IMG/VR virus record: IMGVR_UViG_3300044513_001251
Coordinates: 1 to 43,434 of that record
DNA length: 43,434 nt
Source of the DNA: a virus
Taxonomy: Duplodnaviria; Caudoviricetes
Direction: 5' to 3' (one strand)
This document shows positions 43,098 through 43,434 of this stretch, one piece after another. Each line of letters begins with the position of its first letter. Position 1 is the first letter of the stretch. Below the pieces are notes generated by a model. The model was given only the letters and a program-made list of their open reading frames with translations. It was not told the DNA's origin and searched no databases. A program made the position numbers and the translations under genes.

Positions 43098-43434
43098 ATC
43101 GTTCCTGGTATTCGTGGATGTAACTCATTAGTTTCATAAAGAATTCTTTCTTAGGTGGAAGCACCTTGACTTGAGTCTCTCCGTTTTCACAAGCAACGAT
43201 TGTCACGAGTTGCTTAACACTCAACCCGTAATTTTCTTGAAGCATACATGCGTATGCAGTTTCTTGAACGAAGTAATCGTAAAGATATTTCTCACGCTTG
43301 GGTTCTGCTGCTGTCTTAAAGTCAATGATAGACAACACGCCGTCGAACTCAGCGATACAATCTACACGCCCAGCAATCTCTAAATGTTTAGAGTAGAGCG
43401 CCGCTTCCTGTAAGTAAATATTATTTATGCGGTC
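43069..43434 (-). CDS. PD-(D/E)xK exonuclease (partial, 5' end outside the window)
   Basis: Frame open to the edge: LQEAALYS...IAGRVDCIAEFDGVLSIIDFKT...YFVQETAYA. Confidence 0.9.
   Translation of the reverse strand, partial: DRINNIYLQEAALYSKHLEIAGRVDCIAEFDGVLSIIDFKTAAEPKREKYLYDYFVQETAYACMLQENYGLSVKQLVTIVACENGETQVKVLPPKKEFFMKLMSYIHEYQERYGEKATIRG

Overview
This window is 43.4 kb of a T4-like cyanomyovirus (Kyanoviridae-type, host probably marine Synechococcus), transcribed mostly leftward. From right to left it holds: a partial PD-(D/E)xK exonuclease, gp33, gp32 SSB, and a + strand island (gp4, gp2, gp48, gp53); a baseplate/tail module (gp54-like, gp26/gp51, tape-measure/gp29-like, hub, CP12, split gp5); an accessory island (small outer-membrane protein, small ORFs, a glutaredoxin-like protein without CxxC, a 2OG-Fe(II) oxygenase, a CpeT bilin lyase, six tRNAs, an HNH endonuclease); a 4759-aa giant virion protein; three tail-collar fibre genes; a tail assembly chaperone; and a partial SF2 helicase that the ORF track missed. 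The most striking observation is in the giant virion protein. Residues ~647-2352 contain seven sets of segments that resemble phycobiliprotein (globin-fold) subunits, each retaining equivalents of Cys84-x-Arg-Asp87, beta-Asp39 and beta-Cys153/155. The segments are arranged in a balanced nested order and lie about 1 kb from the phage T-type bilin lyase gene, which suggests a bilin-chromophorylated virion protein. A probable -1 frameshift joins gp26 and gp51. All calls come from reading motifs by eye; no searches were run.
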